Notes: generated by a model not told the origin, from the letters alone. A stretch of DNA of 64,000 nucleotides from an uncultured PS1 clade bacterium (GCA_902626605.1 CACOFZ010000002.1:21932-85931), one strand, 5' to 3'; positions 31,480 through 42,472 are shown, numbered from the stretch's first letter. Program-made: numbers and translations.

Positions 31480-31995
31480 TTAATTTTTTGAACCACGAGC
31501 AATTGCGGCTAAACCAGTTCTTGATATATCGTTCAACCCTAAAGGACGCAAAAGGTCAATAAATGAATTAATTTTATCCATTGCGCCTGTCAATTCGAAA
31601 ACAAATGACTTATCAGTTGTATCAACAATTTTTGCTCTATAAATTTCTACCAATCTAAGAATTTCTTCTTTATTCTCATTGGTGTATAATACTTTAATTA
31701 ATGCCATTTCTCTCTCTACTGAGGGTCCTTCAATAGTAAGATCTGTAACTTTATGAACTGGAACAAGTCTCTCCAAATGTCGCTTTATTTGATCAATTGT
31801 TTTTGGACTTCCTTTTGTAACAATTGTAATTCTTGAAGTATGAGAGTCTTTATCCACTTCAGCAACAGTAAGGCTTTCAATGTTATATCCTCGTCCCGAA
31901 AAAAGGCCTATTACCCTTGCTAATACCCCAGCTTCATTGTCTACAAGTAAAGAAAAAGTATGGGTTTCTTGAACATCTTCTTTGATTGTAATCAT
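31480..31995 (-). CDS. ilvH: Acetolactate synthase small subunit
   Basis: VDNEAGVLARVIGLFSGRGYNIESL ACT domain. Confidence 0.95.
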   Translation of the reverse strand: MITIKEDVQETHTFSLLVDNEAGVLARVIGLFSGRGYNIESLTVAEVDKDSHTSRITIVTKGSPKTIDQIKRHLERLVPVHKVTDLTIEGPSVEREMALIKVLYTNENKEEILRLVEIYRAKIVDTTDKSFVFELTGAMDKINSFIDLLRPLGLNDISRTGLAAIARGSKN

Positions 31996-33737
31996 ATCAA
32001 AACCTTTCCTTCATCGCCAACTTCTATTGATGTACCCTCATCATTCAAAAGCATTTCATTATGCCCAGCTCCAGAGGGTATCATTGGATAACAATTTTCA
32101 TCTTTATCAACAACACAATCAAAAATTACAGGTAAATCACTATTAAGCATTTCTTTAATCTTATCATCTAATTCTTTAGGGTTTTGAGCTCGAATACCAT
32201 GAGCGCCATAAGCTTCAGCTAATTTCACAAAATCAGGCAGAGAGTCTGTGTAAGAGTGAGAATATCTTCCACCATGAAGTAGTTCTTGCCATTGCCTAAC
32301 CATGCCCATGTATTGATTATTTAGAATGAATATTTTAACCGGCAATTTATGTTGAACAGCTGTTGATAATTCTTGCATGTTCATTAAAATTGATGCTTCT
32401 CCAGCAATATCAATGACAGTAGATTTTGGAAAAGCAACTTGAGTACCTATTGCAGCAGGCAGTCCATATCCCATAGTGCCCAATCCTCCTGATGTCATCC
32501 ATCTATTAGGCTTATTAAAATGATAATGTTGGGCAGCCCACATTTGATGTTGACCAACCTCAGTACTAATAAAAGTATCCCTATCTTTTGTTAATTCATA
32601 TAATCGCTCAATAGCGTATTGAGGTTTAATTGTTTTTTCAGATTTTACATAATTTAGAGATTTAATATCTCTCCATTTATTTATTTGATCCCACCATTTT
32701 GAATTATCAAATTTATAACCTTTTGATCTCCACAAAATAAGCATATTTTCTAATACATGAGCACAATCACCTATCACAGAGACATCAACATCAATGGTCT
32801 TATTAATTGAAGAGGGATCAATATCAACATGTATTTTTTTTGAATTTGGAGAAAACGCATCTAAACGACCAGTAACTCTGTCATCAAATCTTGCGCCAAT
32901 GTTAATTATTAAATCACTATCGTGCATAGTCATATTTGCTTCATATGTGCCATGCATACCCAACATACCAAGCCATTGATTATTGTCTGCAGGAAAAGAA
33001 CCTAAGCCCATTAATGTAGATGTTATAGGAAAACCAGTTAAATTAACAAACTCTCTTAAAAGATGGCTAGCCTCAGGTCCAGAATTTATAACTCCACCAC
33101 CAGTATAAAAAACAGGTTTCTTTGCTTTAGACATTAATTCGACTGCCTGTTCAATCTCAGAAATTTCTGGTTTCACTTTTGGTTTATAGCTTGAATGCTC
33201 AACTTCAGACATTGAACAATATTCTGCATCAGCAAATTGAACATCTTTAGGAATATCAATAAGAACAGGTCCAGGCCTTCCGGTTGTAGCTACTAGAAAT
33301 GCTAAATGTATTGTCTTTGCTAAATCCTCAGGTCTTTTCACTAACCAATTATGTTTAGTACAAGGCCTAGTAATCCCTATTGTGTCACATTCTTGGAAAG
33401 CATCTGTTCCGATTAAATGGCTTGGAACCTGACCAGAAATACAAACCAACGGAATAGAGTCCATTAAGGCATCAGTCAGACCAGTAACAGCATTTGTAGC
33501 ACCTGGACCTGAAGTAACAAGAACTACACCAGGTTTTCCAGAAGACCTTGCATACCCCTCAGCTGCATGAACTGCGCCTTGTTCATGACGAACTAAAATA
33601 TGAGCAGGAGCTTTATTACTTTTAAATAATTCATCATACAAAGGTAAAACTGCACCTCCAGGATAGCCAAAAATATGATCTACACCCTGTTCATTCAAAG
33701 CTTTTACTATTACCTCAGCACCAGTCATTTTGGTCAT
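31992..33737 (-). CDS. ilvI: Acetolactate synthase large subunit
   Basis: FGYPGGAVL, RHEQGA, TSGPGATN, GARFDDRV, MGMVRQWQ. Confidence 0.96.
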   Translation of the reverse strand: MTKMTGAEVIVKALNEQGVDHIFGYPGGAVLPLYDELFKSNKAPAHILVRHEQGAVHAAEGYARSSGKPGVVLVTSGPGATNAVTGLTDALMDSIPLVCISGQVPSHLIGTDAFQECDTIGITRPCTKHNWLVKRPEDLAKTIHLAFLVATTGRPGPVLIDIPKDVQFADAEYCSMSEVEHSSYKPKVKPEISEIEQAVELMSKAKKPVFYTGGGVINSGPEASHLLREFVNLTGFPITSTLMGLGSFPADNNQWLGMLGMHGTYEANMTMHDSDLIINIGARFDDRVTGRLDAFSPNSKKIHVDIDPSSINKTIDVDVSVIGDCAHVLENMLILWRSKGYKFDNSKWWDQINKWRDIKSLNYVKSEKTIKPQYAIERLYELTKDRDTFISTEVGQHQMWAAQHYHFNKPNRWMTSGGLGTMGYGLPAAIGTQVAFPKSTVIDIAGEASILMNMQELSTAVQHKLPVKIFILNNQYMGMVRQWQELLHGGRYSHSYTDSLPDFVKLAEAYGAHGIRAQNPKELDDKIKEMLNSDLPVIFDCVVDKDENCYPMIPSGAGHNEMLLNDEGTSIEVGDEGKVLI

Positions 33738-33817
33738 TTATAAATTCCTTTAATTACTTTTTTATCAATCAATCTTGCAGGAAATTAATAAATATAGCAA
33801 TAAAGGTCAATATTATT

Positions 33818-34732
33818 TTATAATTTTTTTATAATTTTGTTTATAATTTTATTTGAATATTGCGTATTTATGCTATTCCACGAAATCATCTGATTATTTA
33901 TCCAAGTTATTTGCCTTTTTGCGTATTGATGAGTTTTGAACTTAATTAAATCTAAAGCTCTATCAAAAGTGATATCGTTATTTAAAAATGAGGTAATTTC
34001 ATCTACACCTATCGCCTTCATTATTGGCGAATTTTTAGAGTAATTCTTATTTAATAAACGTCTTACTTCTTCAATTACGCCATTTTCAAACATATAATCG
34101 ACTCTTAAATCGCAATTTTTATAAATCCACTCTCTATCAGCATCTATTTTAAAATTTATGGATTTATAATTTATTATTTTTTCTCTGTTCATGAGCCAAA
34201 AGTCTGAAATTTTTTTGTTAGTACCTTCATATACCTCTAATGCTCTCATTATTCTTTGCCTATCATTGGGGTTGATTTTTTTTGATGCCTTCGGATCAAT
34301 TAAAAATAATCTTTTTTGTAATTTCTCAAGACCATTTTTTTCTAATTCGTTCTCGATTTTTAACCTTATTGATTTGTCTATATCCGGTATAGGTGATAAT
34401 CCATCAGTAACTGCTTTAAAATATAACCCTGTGCCACCAACAATTATTGGTACTTTTTTTCTTTTTATTACATCTTTTAGTATTTCATTTATTTCGTGAA
34501 TCCATTTTCCAACCGACCAATTAATATCTCCATCTAAAAAACCATAACAGTGATGTTTAATTTTTTCTTTTCCGATATCAGGTCTAGCTGTTAAAATAAA
34601 TAAATCTCGATAAAGCTGAATCGAGTCGGCATTTATTATTTCACCATCAATTTTTTCTGCTAATTTAATGGCTAAAGAAGATTTTCCTGTAGCAGTTGGA
34701 CCAGATAATAAAACTATTTTTTCAATCATCAT
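33818..34732 (-). CDS. miaA: tRNA dimethylallyltransferase
   Basis: GPTATGKS, NADSIQLY, VGGTGLY, YAKRQITW. Confidence 0.96.
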   Translation of the reverse strand: MMIEKIVLLSGPTATGKSSLAIKLAEKIDGEIINADSIQLYRDLFILTARPDIGKEKIKHHCYGFLDGDINWSVGKWIHEINEILKDVIKRKKVPIIVGGTGLYFKAVTDGLSPIPDIDKSIRLKIENELEKNGLEKLQKRLFLIDPKASKKINPNDRQRIMRALEVYEGTNKKISDFWLMNREKIINYKSINFKIDADREWIYKNCDLRVDYMFENGVIEEVRRLLNKNYSKNSPIMKAIGVDEITSFLNNDITFDRALDLIKFKTHQYAKRQITWINNQMISWNSINTQYSNKIINKIIKKL

Positions 34733-34841
34733 TTATATTTTTTAGTCTTAAATTTAGTTAATAAATAAATTAAATTATTTTCAAACATTATTAGATATAT
34801 ATGTTAATTAAAATTAATTAATTTTCTTAAACGGTAAAATT

Positions 34842-36083
34842 ATGGAACTAATAAAATCATTTAAAGCCTTAAGACCAAAAAAGGGTAAAGAAAATGATGT
34901 AATAGCCCCTCCTTATGATGTATTAAGTTCATTAGAGGCAAGAGAAATGGCTGAAAATAAACCATTTAGCTTTCTACATGTTTCAAGGCCTGAAATAGAC
35001 TTAAACCATGAAATTGAATTTAACGATCCTAAGGTTTATGAAAAAGGTGCGGAAAATCTAAGTAATTTAATAAAAAATAAAGTTTTGATACAGGATGATG
35101 AGGATTGCTTATATATTTATGAAATAATATTAAATCAAATATCGCAAACTGGTATAGGTTGTATAGCTTCTGTAGAGGCATATGAAAAAAATATTATAAA
35201 AAAACATGAATATACCAAACCGGTGAAGGAAGATGATAGAGTAGAAAATATTTCCAAACTTGAAGCACAAACCGGTCCTGTTCTTTTAGCATATAAAAAT
35301 ACAGATAAAATTTCCAAGGCAATACATAAAGTTAAAGATCAAAAACCAGAATATAATGTTTTTGCTCATGATGGATCAAATCATAAAATTTGGATTGTAA
35401 ATAATAATAATCAAATTGAAGAAATACTCAGTGAAATTAACTCTATGGAGTCCCTCTTTATTGCTGATGGACACCATAGATCAGCGGCAGCCGCTAGAGT
35501 AAAAGAAAAATTTTCAAAAAAAAATCATAACCATGATGGTAGTGAAAACTATAATTATTTTCTTGCAGTTGCTTTTCCCCACTCAGAAATGACAATCTTG
35601 GATTATAATAGAATAATAAGAGGATTAAACGGGCAATCAATTAATTCTCTTATATCTAATATAGAGAAAAATTACTTTATAAAAAAACATAGTGAAGAAT
35701 TTAGACCAGCGACCAAAAATACTTTTGGTATGTACTTAGATAAAAATTGGTATGAATTAAATGCTATTAAAGAAAATATAAATTTAACCGACCCAGTAAA
35801 GTCACTTGATGTATCTATATTGCATGACACAATTATTGAACCTCTGCTTGGTATTTATGATGAAAGAACTGACCCAAGAATAGATTTTGTTGGAGGCGCA
35901 AGAGGTCTCAAAGAGCTTGAAAATAGAGTTAATAATGACAACTTTGATATTGCTTTTGCTCTTTTTCCTACCCCTATTGAGGCTCTTATAGATGTAGCAG
36001 AGGCCGACAAGGTAATGCCTCCCAAATCAACATGGTTTGAACCAAAATTGCTAGATGGATTATTATCTCACCTTATAAATTAA
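34842..36083 (+). CDS. DUF1015 family protein (ParB/Srx-like fold)
   Basis: APPYDV, IKKHE.T, IADGHHR, MPPKSTWFEPKL. Confidence 0.9.
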   Translation: MELIKSFKALRPKKGKENDVIAPPYDVLSSLEAREMAENKPFSFLHVSRPEIDLNHEIEFNDPKVYEKGAENLSNLIKNKVLIQDDEDCLYIYEIILNQISQTGIGCIASVEAYEKNIIKKHEYTKPVKEDDRVENISKLEAQTGPVLLAYKNTDKISKAIHKVKDQKPEYNVFAHDGSNHKIWIVNNNNQIEEILSEINSMESLFIADGHHRSAAAARVKEKFSKKNHNHDGSENYNYFLAVAFPHSEMTILDYNRIIRGLNGQSINSLISNIEKNYFIKKHSEEFRPATKNTFGMYLDKNWYELNAIKENINLTDPVKSLDVSILHDTIIEPLLGIYDERTDPRIDFVGGARGLKELENRVNNDNFDIAFALFPTPIEALIDVAEADKVMPPKSTWFEPKLLDGLLSHLIN

Positions 36084-36087
36084 GCAA

Positions 36088-37560
36088 TTATTTTTGATTA
36101 AAAGATAAAGCAACTAAAGAAACTAATCTCAGTTCAGGCCTCCAAACTCTTAACAGAATTCTCTCGTCACCCTCTTTTTGACGTTCTTTTAATAAATTAT
36201 AAACTTGTTCAGAACTTTCTGCTTTTACAGTTGATTGAAGAGTAATGTTCCCTGATACTCTTTGATGAGTTAAACTAATAATAACACTTCCATTTGTAAT
36301 TTTTTTTGAAAAAGCTTCAGATTCCTCATCAACAGTAATTACTGCAACACCTTTTATAGTTGAAGGGATCTGATTTTCCCTTCGGAAATTTTCAGTAAGA
36401 TCACCAAGACCAAGCCCCAAAATTTTATCAATATTATTGGAAGCTTCCTCGTTTACTTTATTCTCATTACCTTCAAGTCTTCCAATTTTAACTTTAAGCT
36501 CAACCTCTTTACCAAAACGAATAAGTCTAACTTTTATTTTTTTACCAATATCAGTATTAGCTACTTTTGTAGTAAGGTCTCTCATATCGTTAATTTCTTC
36601 TTTATTATAACCTATTATAACATCACCTTCTTCAATTCCCGCCTTATCAGCAGGTCCGTCCTTAACAACTTGCTGAACTAAAGCTCCTTTTGCTTCATCC
36701 AAATCCATATCTTTAGCAAGTTCCTCGGTGACATTTTGTATCATAACTCCAAGCCAACCTCTTCTTGTTTCGCCATATTTTTTAAGTTGATCAATAACTG
36801 GTTTTACTAAGTCAGACGGTATTGAAAAGCCTATTCCAACTGATCCGCCTGTTTGTGAGTAAATCATTGTATTTACTCCAATAACCTCACCATTCATATT
36901 AAAAAGTGGTCCACCAGAGTTACCTTTATTTATAGGGGCGTCGGTTTGAATAAAGTGATCATAAGGACCTGATCCGATATTTCTACCTAAAGCAGAAATA
37001 ATACCCGCAGTGACTGTACCTCCTAAACCAAAAGGATTTCCAATAGCAACAACCCATTCACCAACCTTAGAATCTTCACTATCGCCAAAACTAACATAAG
37101 GAAGATCTTCCTCAGGATTAATTTTCAATAATGCAAGATCCATGCGTGGATCTAATCCAATTACCTCAGCATCATAAACCTCGTCATTACTTAGGGTTAT
37201 CTTTATTGTTTCAGCCTCTTCGACAACATGATTATTGGTTACAATATATCCATCATCTGAAATAATAAAACCTGAACCAGCTGTTCTTTGAGGCGTTCTT
37301 TTTTGAGGTTGATTTCTAAAAAAATCTCTGAATCTTTCATCATTAAAAAAATCAAAAGGAGATCCAGGAGGGCTTTGACGCATTTGTCGAGATTGGCTTT
37401 CTTTCTCTTTTTGCTTCCTTACTACTGATACATTTACAACAGAGGATGAATACTCTTCCGCAAGAAAAGTAAAATCTGGTAATGATGAATTTGCAGTGGG
37501 ATTTAAAAAAAACACAGAAAGAAAAGGTATTACTAAATATTTTAAAGTTAATTTCTTCAT
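36088..37560 (-). CDS. degP: DegP/HtrA serine protease with PDZ domains
   Basis: GSGFII, TNNHV, DLAL, GNSGGPL, GWLGV. Confidence 0.93.
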   Translation of the reverse strand: MKKLTLKYLVIPFLSVFFLNPTANSSLPDFTFLAEEYSSSVVNVSVVRKQKEKESQSRQMRQSPPGSPFDFFNDERFRDFFRNQPQKRTPQRTAGSGFIISDDGYIVTNNHVVEEAETIKITLSNDEVYDAEVIGLDPRMDLALLKINPEEDLPYVSFGDSEDSKVGEWVVAIGNPFGLGGTVTAGIISALGRNIGSGPYDHFIQTDAPINKGNSGGPLFNMNGEVIGVNTMIYSQTGGSVGIGFSIPSDLVKPVIDQLKKYGETRRGWLGVMIQNVTEELAKDMDLDEAKGALVQQVVKDGPADKAGIEEGDVIIGYNKEEINDMRDLTTKVANTDIGKKIKVRLIRFGKEVELKVKIGRLEGNENKVNEEASNNIDKILGLGLGDLTENFRRENQIPSTIKGVAVITVDEESEAFSKKITNGSVIISLTHQRVSGNITLQSTVKAESSEQVYNLLKERQKEGDERILLRVWRPELRLVSLVALSFNQK

Positions 37561-37573
37561 TGAATTATGACTA

Positions 37574-38554
37574 TTATTCTGAGGCTAAGTCAGGACATAA
37601 AGCATCCCTTAGCCTGCTATTATTATTGATTAAGTTGATTAAATTTTTACTTTCATCACTTAATTTATCTGTTGAATTTGTAACGATAGATGAAGAATTT
37701 GGATTATTTAAAAATTTAAAAAACTCACTATCTGGAGATAAAACAATAGTTGTTTCATCATCTAATGAGTTTTCGTATGACATCATAGATCTATAAAATG
37801 CAAAAAAGTCCTTATCAAGTCCATAAGCTGACGCAAATATTCTATTCCTGCAAGCATCACCAATACCTCTATTAATTTCTGCATCACGAGTAGCCTCTGA
37901 TAACAAAACAGTTACAGTTTTTTCAGCTTCTGCTCTAATACCTCTGGAGATTTCCTGACCCTTACCCCTAAATTCAGCAGCTTCCTGTTGTCTCTCAGTT
38001 TGCATTCTTCTATAAATTGCCTGGCTATTTGCATCAGGTAAATCAGCTCTTTTAATTTTAACATCTACAATATTAATACCTAAATTAAGGGCTTGTTCAT
38101 TTGCTCTTTCAGTAATTTTCTTCATAAGGTCATCTCTATTATCTCTTACAACTGTAACAAATTCCTCTGCACCTAAAATAGATCTCAAACTTGAAGATAC
38201 AATAGCCTGTAATCTTGAACGAGCTATTCTTTCATCTCTAACACTTATGTAAAATTGAAGAGGATCTGAAATTCTCCATCTTGTAAAAGAGTCAACAACA
38301 AGTCTTTTTTGATCTGCTGCAATTACTTCCTCGGCTGGAGAGTCTAAGGCTAAAATTCTTTTATCCAAATATTGAACTTGTTGGATGAAAGGCATTTTAA
38401 TTTTTAATCCAGGCTCAGTAATTGGAGCACCAACTGGTCTTCCAAATTGAAGAACGATTGCTTGACGAGTTTCATGAACAGAAAAAAATGTATTAAAAAT
38501 TAATAATACAAAAATACCAAGAAAAATTATTGAAGCAGTCTGTTTAATACTCAT
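37574..38554 (-). CDS. hflC: FtsH modulator HflC
   Basis: SPFH domain, VDVKIKRADLP, FFAFYRSM; downstream of hflK. Confidence 0.93.
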   Translation of the reverse strand: MSIKQTASIIFLGIFVLLIFNTFFSVHETRQAIVLQFGRPVGAPITEPGLKIKMPFIQQVQYLDKRILALDSPAEEVIAADQKRLVVDSFTRWRISDPLQFYISVRDERIARSRLQAIVSSSLRSILGAEEFVTVVRDNRDDLMKKITERANEQALNLGINIVDVKIKRADLPDANSQAIYRRMQTERQQEAAEFRGKGQEISRGIRAEAEKTVTVLLSEATRDAEINRGIGDACRNRIFASAYGLDKDFFAFYRSMMSYENSLDDETTIVLSPDSEFFKFLNNPNSSSIVTNSTDKLSDESKNLINLINNNSRLRDALCPDLASE

Positions 38555-39648
38555 TATCTTTTACCTTTCTGGTTTATTTCGTTTAAAGGTAAGTAAGGAA
38601 CCACTCCCTGACCTCCAACTGAGTCATTATCAACAATTATCTTATTCATACTCCCAAAAACCTTTTCCATGGTCTCTAGAAACATTCTTTGTCTTGTAAC
38701 ATCTTTAGCTTGTATATATTCAGAGTAGATTGATACAAATCTCGTAGCTTGACCTTCCGCCTCAGCAACGGTTTGTGATTGATAAGCCTCTGATTCCCTT
38801 AGAATTTTTGATGCCTCACCCTGTGCTTCTGGAACAATTTTATTCGCATATGCATTTGCTTCATTTCTTGCTCGCTCTTGGTCAGCTCTTGCAGCCTGGA
38901 CGTCCCTAAATGCATCAATAACAGCAGAAGGTGGATCAACTTTTTGCATTTTTACTTCTCTGATCTCAATTCCAGAACCATAAGAGTCAAGAGTAGATTG
39001 CATAAGAGACCTAACATCATTTTCAGTTTTTTGCCGGGCTCCTGTTAAAATTGGTTGAATATCCGAATTACCTACAATTTCTCTCATGGCGCTCTCAGAG
39101 ACAGCTTTTATTGTTCTTTCAGGATATTGAATTTTGAATAAAAATGAACTTGCGTCTTTTATGACCCAAAAAACAGAAAAATCTATATCAACTATATTTT
39201 CATCACCAGTAAGCATTAGACTTTCTTCTGGAACATCTCTTAAAGATCTTGATGGATTTGAAAAACCAGAACCGGATGGACCTCTCATTCCTATATCAAT
39301 TCTATTAACAGTTGTTACTTTTGGCGTAATTGCAGTCTCAATTGGAAAAGGAAGATGATAATGCAAGCCAGGTCCTGTTTGACTTGTAAATTTACCAAAC
39401 CTAAGAACAACACCTTGCTCATCAGCATTAACTCTATAAATACCGCTTAATGACCATAACCCAAATAAGATTAATAGTACGGCTAATAAACCTTTCCACC
39501 CTTTACCACCACCAGGTAAAAATTTTGAAATAATTTTTTGAAGACCGTTAAAGGGATTCTCAAAATCTTGGCGGTTATTATTCTGACCCCATGGATTTTG
39601 ATTATTTCCATTCCAATCATTATTCTTATTAATTGTTTTTTGTTTCAT
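38554..39648 (-). CDS. hflK: FtsH modulator HflK
   Basis: MLTGDENIVD, VDPPSAVIDAFRDV, VVPYLPL. Confidence 0.95.
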   Translation of the reverse strand: MKQKTINKNNDWNGNNQNPWGQNNNRQDFENPFNGLQKIISKFLPGGGKGWKGLLAVLLILFGLWSLSGIYRVNADEQGVVLRFGKFTSQTGPGLHYHLPFPIETAITPKVTTVNRIDIGMRGPSGSGFSNPSRSLRDVPEESLMLTGDENIVDIDFSVFWVIKDASSFLFKIQYPERTIKAVSESAMREIVGNSDIQPILTGARQKTENDVRSLMQSTLDSYGSGIEIREVKMQKVDPPSAVIDAFRDVQAARADQERARNEANAYANKIVPEAQGEASKILRESEAYQSQTVAEAEGQATRFVSIYSEYIQAKDVTRQRMFLETMEKVFGSMNKIIVDNDSVGGQGVVPYLPLNEINQKGKR

Positions 39649-39744
39649 TTTTAAACTTTCTATTTACTCAATATGTCCTTATATGACATCTTGAGCCATG
39701 GAGTAAATCAAATTCAACAACATTAACGAAATTTAATTATATAT

Positions 39745-40794
39745 ATGACAGAAAATTTAAAAAAAATAATAGAAGAAAAGCTAAAAAAAATCATACTTCC
39801 TAATAAAAAATATCTTTTTGAAGAGGAAATAATCGAAGGTATTAGCTTTAAAGAAGGACATGTTCAAATTTCTCTCTTTGCAAATAAAGATAATATTGAA
39901 GAGATTGAAGTCGTTGGAAAAATAATAAAAAAAGAATTACAAAATATTGATGGTGTTGTCAGCGTTACTACCGTATTAACTAACGAACCTAGTAAAAAAA
40001 GCAATTCTAGAGAAAGCGAAAATAAGAAACAAAAAATTCATAAAATTGACAATGTTAAAAAAATTATAGCAGTTGCAAGTGGTAAGGGCGGTGTTGGAAA
40101 ATCAACGATATCAATTAATCTTGCTTCTGCTTTCTCTATAATCGGTAAAAATGTTGGTATATTGGATGCAGATATACACGGACCATCAGTTCCCCATATG
40201 CTTGGTTTAAAAGGTAAGCCAGAACTAAATAGAGATAAGAAAATTATTCCATTTAAATTTAATTCAATGAAAGTAATGTCAATTGGATTTTTATTAAATG
40301 AAGAGCAACCTGTAGTTTGGAGAGGGCCCATGGTTCACTCTGCTATTAAGCAAATGGCAACTGACACGGATTGGGGTGATTTGGATATATTAATTATTGA
40401 TATGCCGCCTGGTACAGGAGATGCTCAAATCACAGTATCGCAACACTTACCATTAGATGGGGCAATTATAGTTTCAACACCACAACAAGTTGCTCTAAAT
40501 GATGCAGTTAAAGCAATAGGAATGTTTAGAAAAGTAGATATTCCAATTATTGGTGTTATAGAAAATATGTCTTATCTCCTTTTAGATGATGGAAAAAAAG
40601 AAGATATTTTTGGAAAAGACGGCGCTAAAAATATGTCAAAGAAAGAGAAAATTTTATTTATTGGAGAAATACCTCTAGATAAGGAAATTAGAGAAAGCTC
40701 AGATAAAGGAAATCCATACATCTTTGCAAAACAAAAAGGATTGACAAAAGATATATTTTTAAAAGCAGCTAAAAAAATAGAAAAAATAATTTAA
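39745..40794 (+). CDS. mrp: Mrp/ApbC Fe-S cluster carrier ATPase
   Basis: SGKGGVGKST, DADIHGPS, WRGPM, DMPPGTGD, ENMS. Confidence 0.93.
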   Translation: MTENLKKIIEEKLKKIILPNKKYLFEEEIIEGISFKEGHVQISLFANKDNIEEIEVVGKIIKKELQNIDGVVSVTTVLTNEPSKKSNSRESENKKQKIHKIDNVKKIIAVASGKGGVGKSTISINLASAFSIIGKNVGILDADIHGPSVPHMLGLKGKPELNRDKKIIPFKFNSMKVMSIGFLLNEEQPVVWRGPMVHSAIKQMATDTDWGDLDILIIDMPPGTGDAQITVSQHLPLDGAIIVSTPQQVALNDAVKAIGMFRKVDIPIIGVIENMSYLLLDDGKKEDIFGKDGAKNMSKKEKILFIGEIPLDKEIRESSDKGNPYIFAKQKGLTKDIFLKAAKKIEKII

Positions 40795-40797
40795 AAT

Positions 40798-41307
40798 TTA
40801 TTTTTTTTCAAAAATTATTAAACGATGAGAACAGCTATCTCCCTCCATCTTTGTAATTTCACCTTTAAAAATTTCGTTATATAAATTTTTATCAAAATTT
40901 GGAAAAAAAACATCACCTTCAGGGGATGAGTGAACTTGTGTATAATAAATTTTTGAAGCAATTTTTAAAAAATAATTAAAAAAATATTCTCCGCCTATAA
41001 TCATAATTTCCTTAGCATTTCTCTCTTTAGCACATTCCTCAGCTTTTAAAATTGACTGTTCAATATTTTCACAAAAAATAACGCCATCTTTTTTTATTTT
41101 TTTTTGCCTTGTAACTACAATATTATCGCGTCCTGGCAAGGGTCTACCAATTGAATCCCATGTTTTTCTTCCCATAATCATTGGTTTATTCATTGTGAAT
41201 TTTTTAAAATTCGATAAATCTGATGGTAAATTCCAAGGCATTGAACCATTTTGCCCAATAACTCCGTTTTCAGCAACTGCAACAATTAAACTAAAATTAA
41301 ACATCAT
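40798..41307 (-). CDS. folA: Dihydrofolate reductase
   Basis: NGVIG, MPW.LPSD, IMGRKTW.SI, PLPGR, IIGG. Confidence 0.95.
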   Translation of the reverse strand: MMFNFSLIVAVAENGVIGQNGSMPWNLPSDLSNFKKFTMNKPMIMGRKTWDSIGRPLPGRDNIVVTRQKKIKKDGVIFCENIEQSILKAEECAKERNAKEIMIIGGEYFFNYFLKIASKIYYTQVHSSPEGDVFFPNFDKNLYNEIFKGEITKMEGDSCSHRLIIFEKK

Positions 41308-42101
41308 TATACCGCAACTGGAGCAGGAATATGTGGATGAGAAATGTAATTCTCCAAAACAAAGTCTTCAAACTCAAAATCAAAAATACTCTCCGGATCG
41401 GAAATAATTCTCATTTTAGGAAGCTCTTTAAAATCTCTTTGTAATTGTTCTTTGGCTTGATCGAAGTGATTTGAATATAAATGAGCATCACCAAATGTAT
41501 GAACAAATTCACCAATTTCTAATTTTAAAATTTTTGCAATCATCATTGTTAAAAGAGCGTATGATGCAATATTAAAAGGGACGCCTAAAAAAATATCAGC
41601 CGATCTTTGATAGAGTTGACAGGATATTTTCCCATTTGATACATAAAATTGAAATAAACAATGGCAAGGTGGAAGAGCCATCTTTTCAACATCAGATGGG
41701 TTCCAGGCTGTAACTATTAACCTTCTCGAATCAGGATTGTTTTTTATTTGATCTATTAAACCAGATATTTGATCAATTGTTTCACCATTTCTTCCTGGCC
41801 ATGATCTCCATTGATAACCATAAACGGGTCCTAACTCGCCATTTTCATCAGCCCACTCATCCCAAATACTAACACCATTTTCTTTTAAATATGATATATT
41901 GGTTTCACCTTTTAAAAACCACAAAAGCTCATAAATAATTGATTTCAAATGAATTTTTTTTGTTGTTAATAATGGAAACCCTTTTGATAGATCAAATCTC
42001 ATTTGATAGCCAAAAACGGACCGAGTACCTGTACCTGTTCTATCGTTTTTATCAGTACCATTTTCTAAAACGTGTTTTAATAATTTGTGATATTGCCTCA
42101 A
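41307..42101 (-). CDS. thyA: Thymidylate synthase
   Basis: DRTGTGT, MALPPCH, YQRSAD.FLGVPFN; TTG start at 42101 after GGAG SD gives MRQY. Confidence 0.97.
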   Translation of the reverse strand: MRQYHKLLKHVLENGTDKNDRTGTGTRSVFGYQMRFDLSKGFPLLTTKKIHLKSIIYELLWFLKGETNISYLKENGVSIWDEWADENGELGPVYGYQWRSWPGRNGETIDQISGLIDQIKNNPDSRRLIVTAWNPSDVEKMALPPCHCLFQFYVSNGKISCQLYQRSADIFLGVPFNIASYALLTMMIAKILKLEIGEFVHTFGDAHLYSNHFDQAKEQLQRDFKELPKMRIISDPESIFDFEFEDFVLENYISHPHIPAPVAV

Positions 42102-42183
42102 AGAAAACTCCAAAAATTAATATTAATTCTAAACTACTTTTTTGTCTCTTCAAATTTTATTTAATCAATTGTATAAAAGAAAT

Positions 42184-42472
42184 GCTGGTTTACCAGATAT
42201 AGTGATAAACGGTTGATATAATAAACTATTCGGACCCGGGGGCGGTACCCGGCACCTCCACCATAATTATGGGGGTGAAATAGGATCGACGAGAGCGTAA
42301 AAATCTTCTTTTCACTCGGAATTGTTCCGCCGTTATCGGGCTATTTTATAGAAGCAAAAAGCGACTATGCAGAGTATTCTCTCGCAGCTTAATGCGCGAG
42401 TTACTCAATTTAACTCCTAATTATTTGCATAATTAGGCGGGGTTTGAGGGGCACCTGGCAACAGAAGCTCCT
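42184..42472 (+). ncRNA. ssrA: Two-piece (circularly permuted) tmRNA
   Basis: Acceptor piece ends CCCGGGGGCGGTACCCGGCACCTCCACCA (42263); 7-nt spacer; coding piece starts GGGGGTGAAATAGGATCGAC (42271) with G3-U70; tag frame AKSDYAEYSLAA* at 42354-42392; GGCAACAGAA near 3' end. Outer ends approximate. Confidence 0.93.

Noticed and set aside
33738..33817. ilv attenuator upstream of ilvI
   Set aside because: No Ile/Leu/Val-rich leader ORF or stable hairpin visible in the 80-nt gap
41939..42202. 87-aa plus-strand ORF before ssrA as possible sspB or smpB
   Set aside because: Antisense to thyA, with no resemblance to either protein
42231..42263. Standalone tRNA or tRNA fragment (attR) ending in CCA
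   Set aside because: It is the acceptor piece of the permuted tmRNA, pairing with GGGGGTG at 42271
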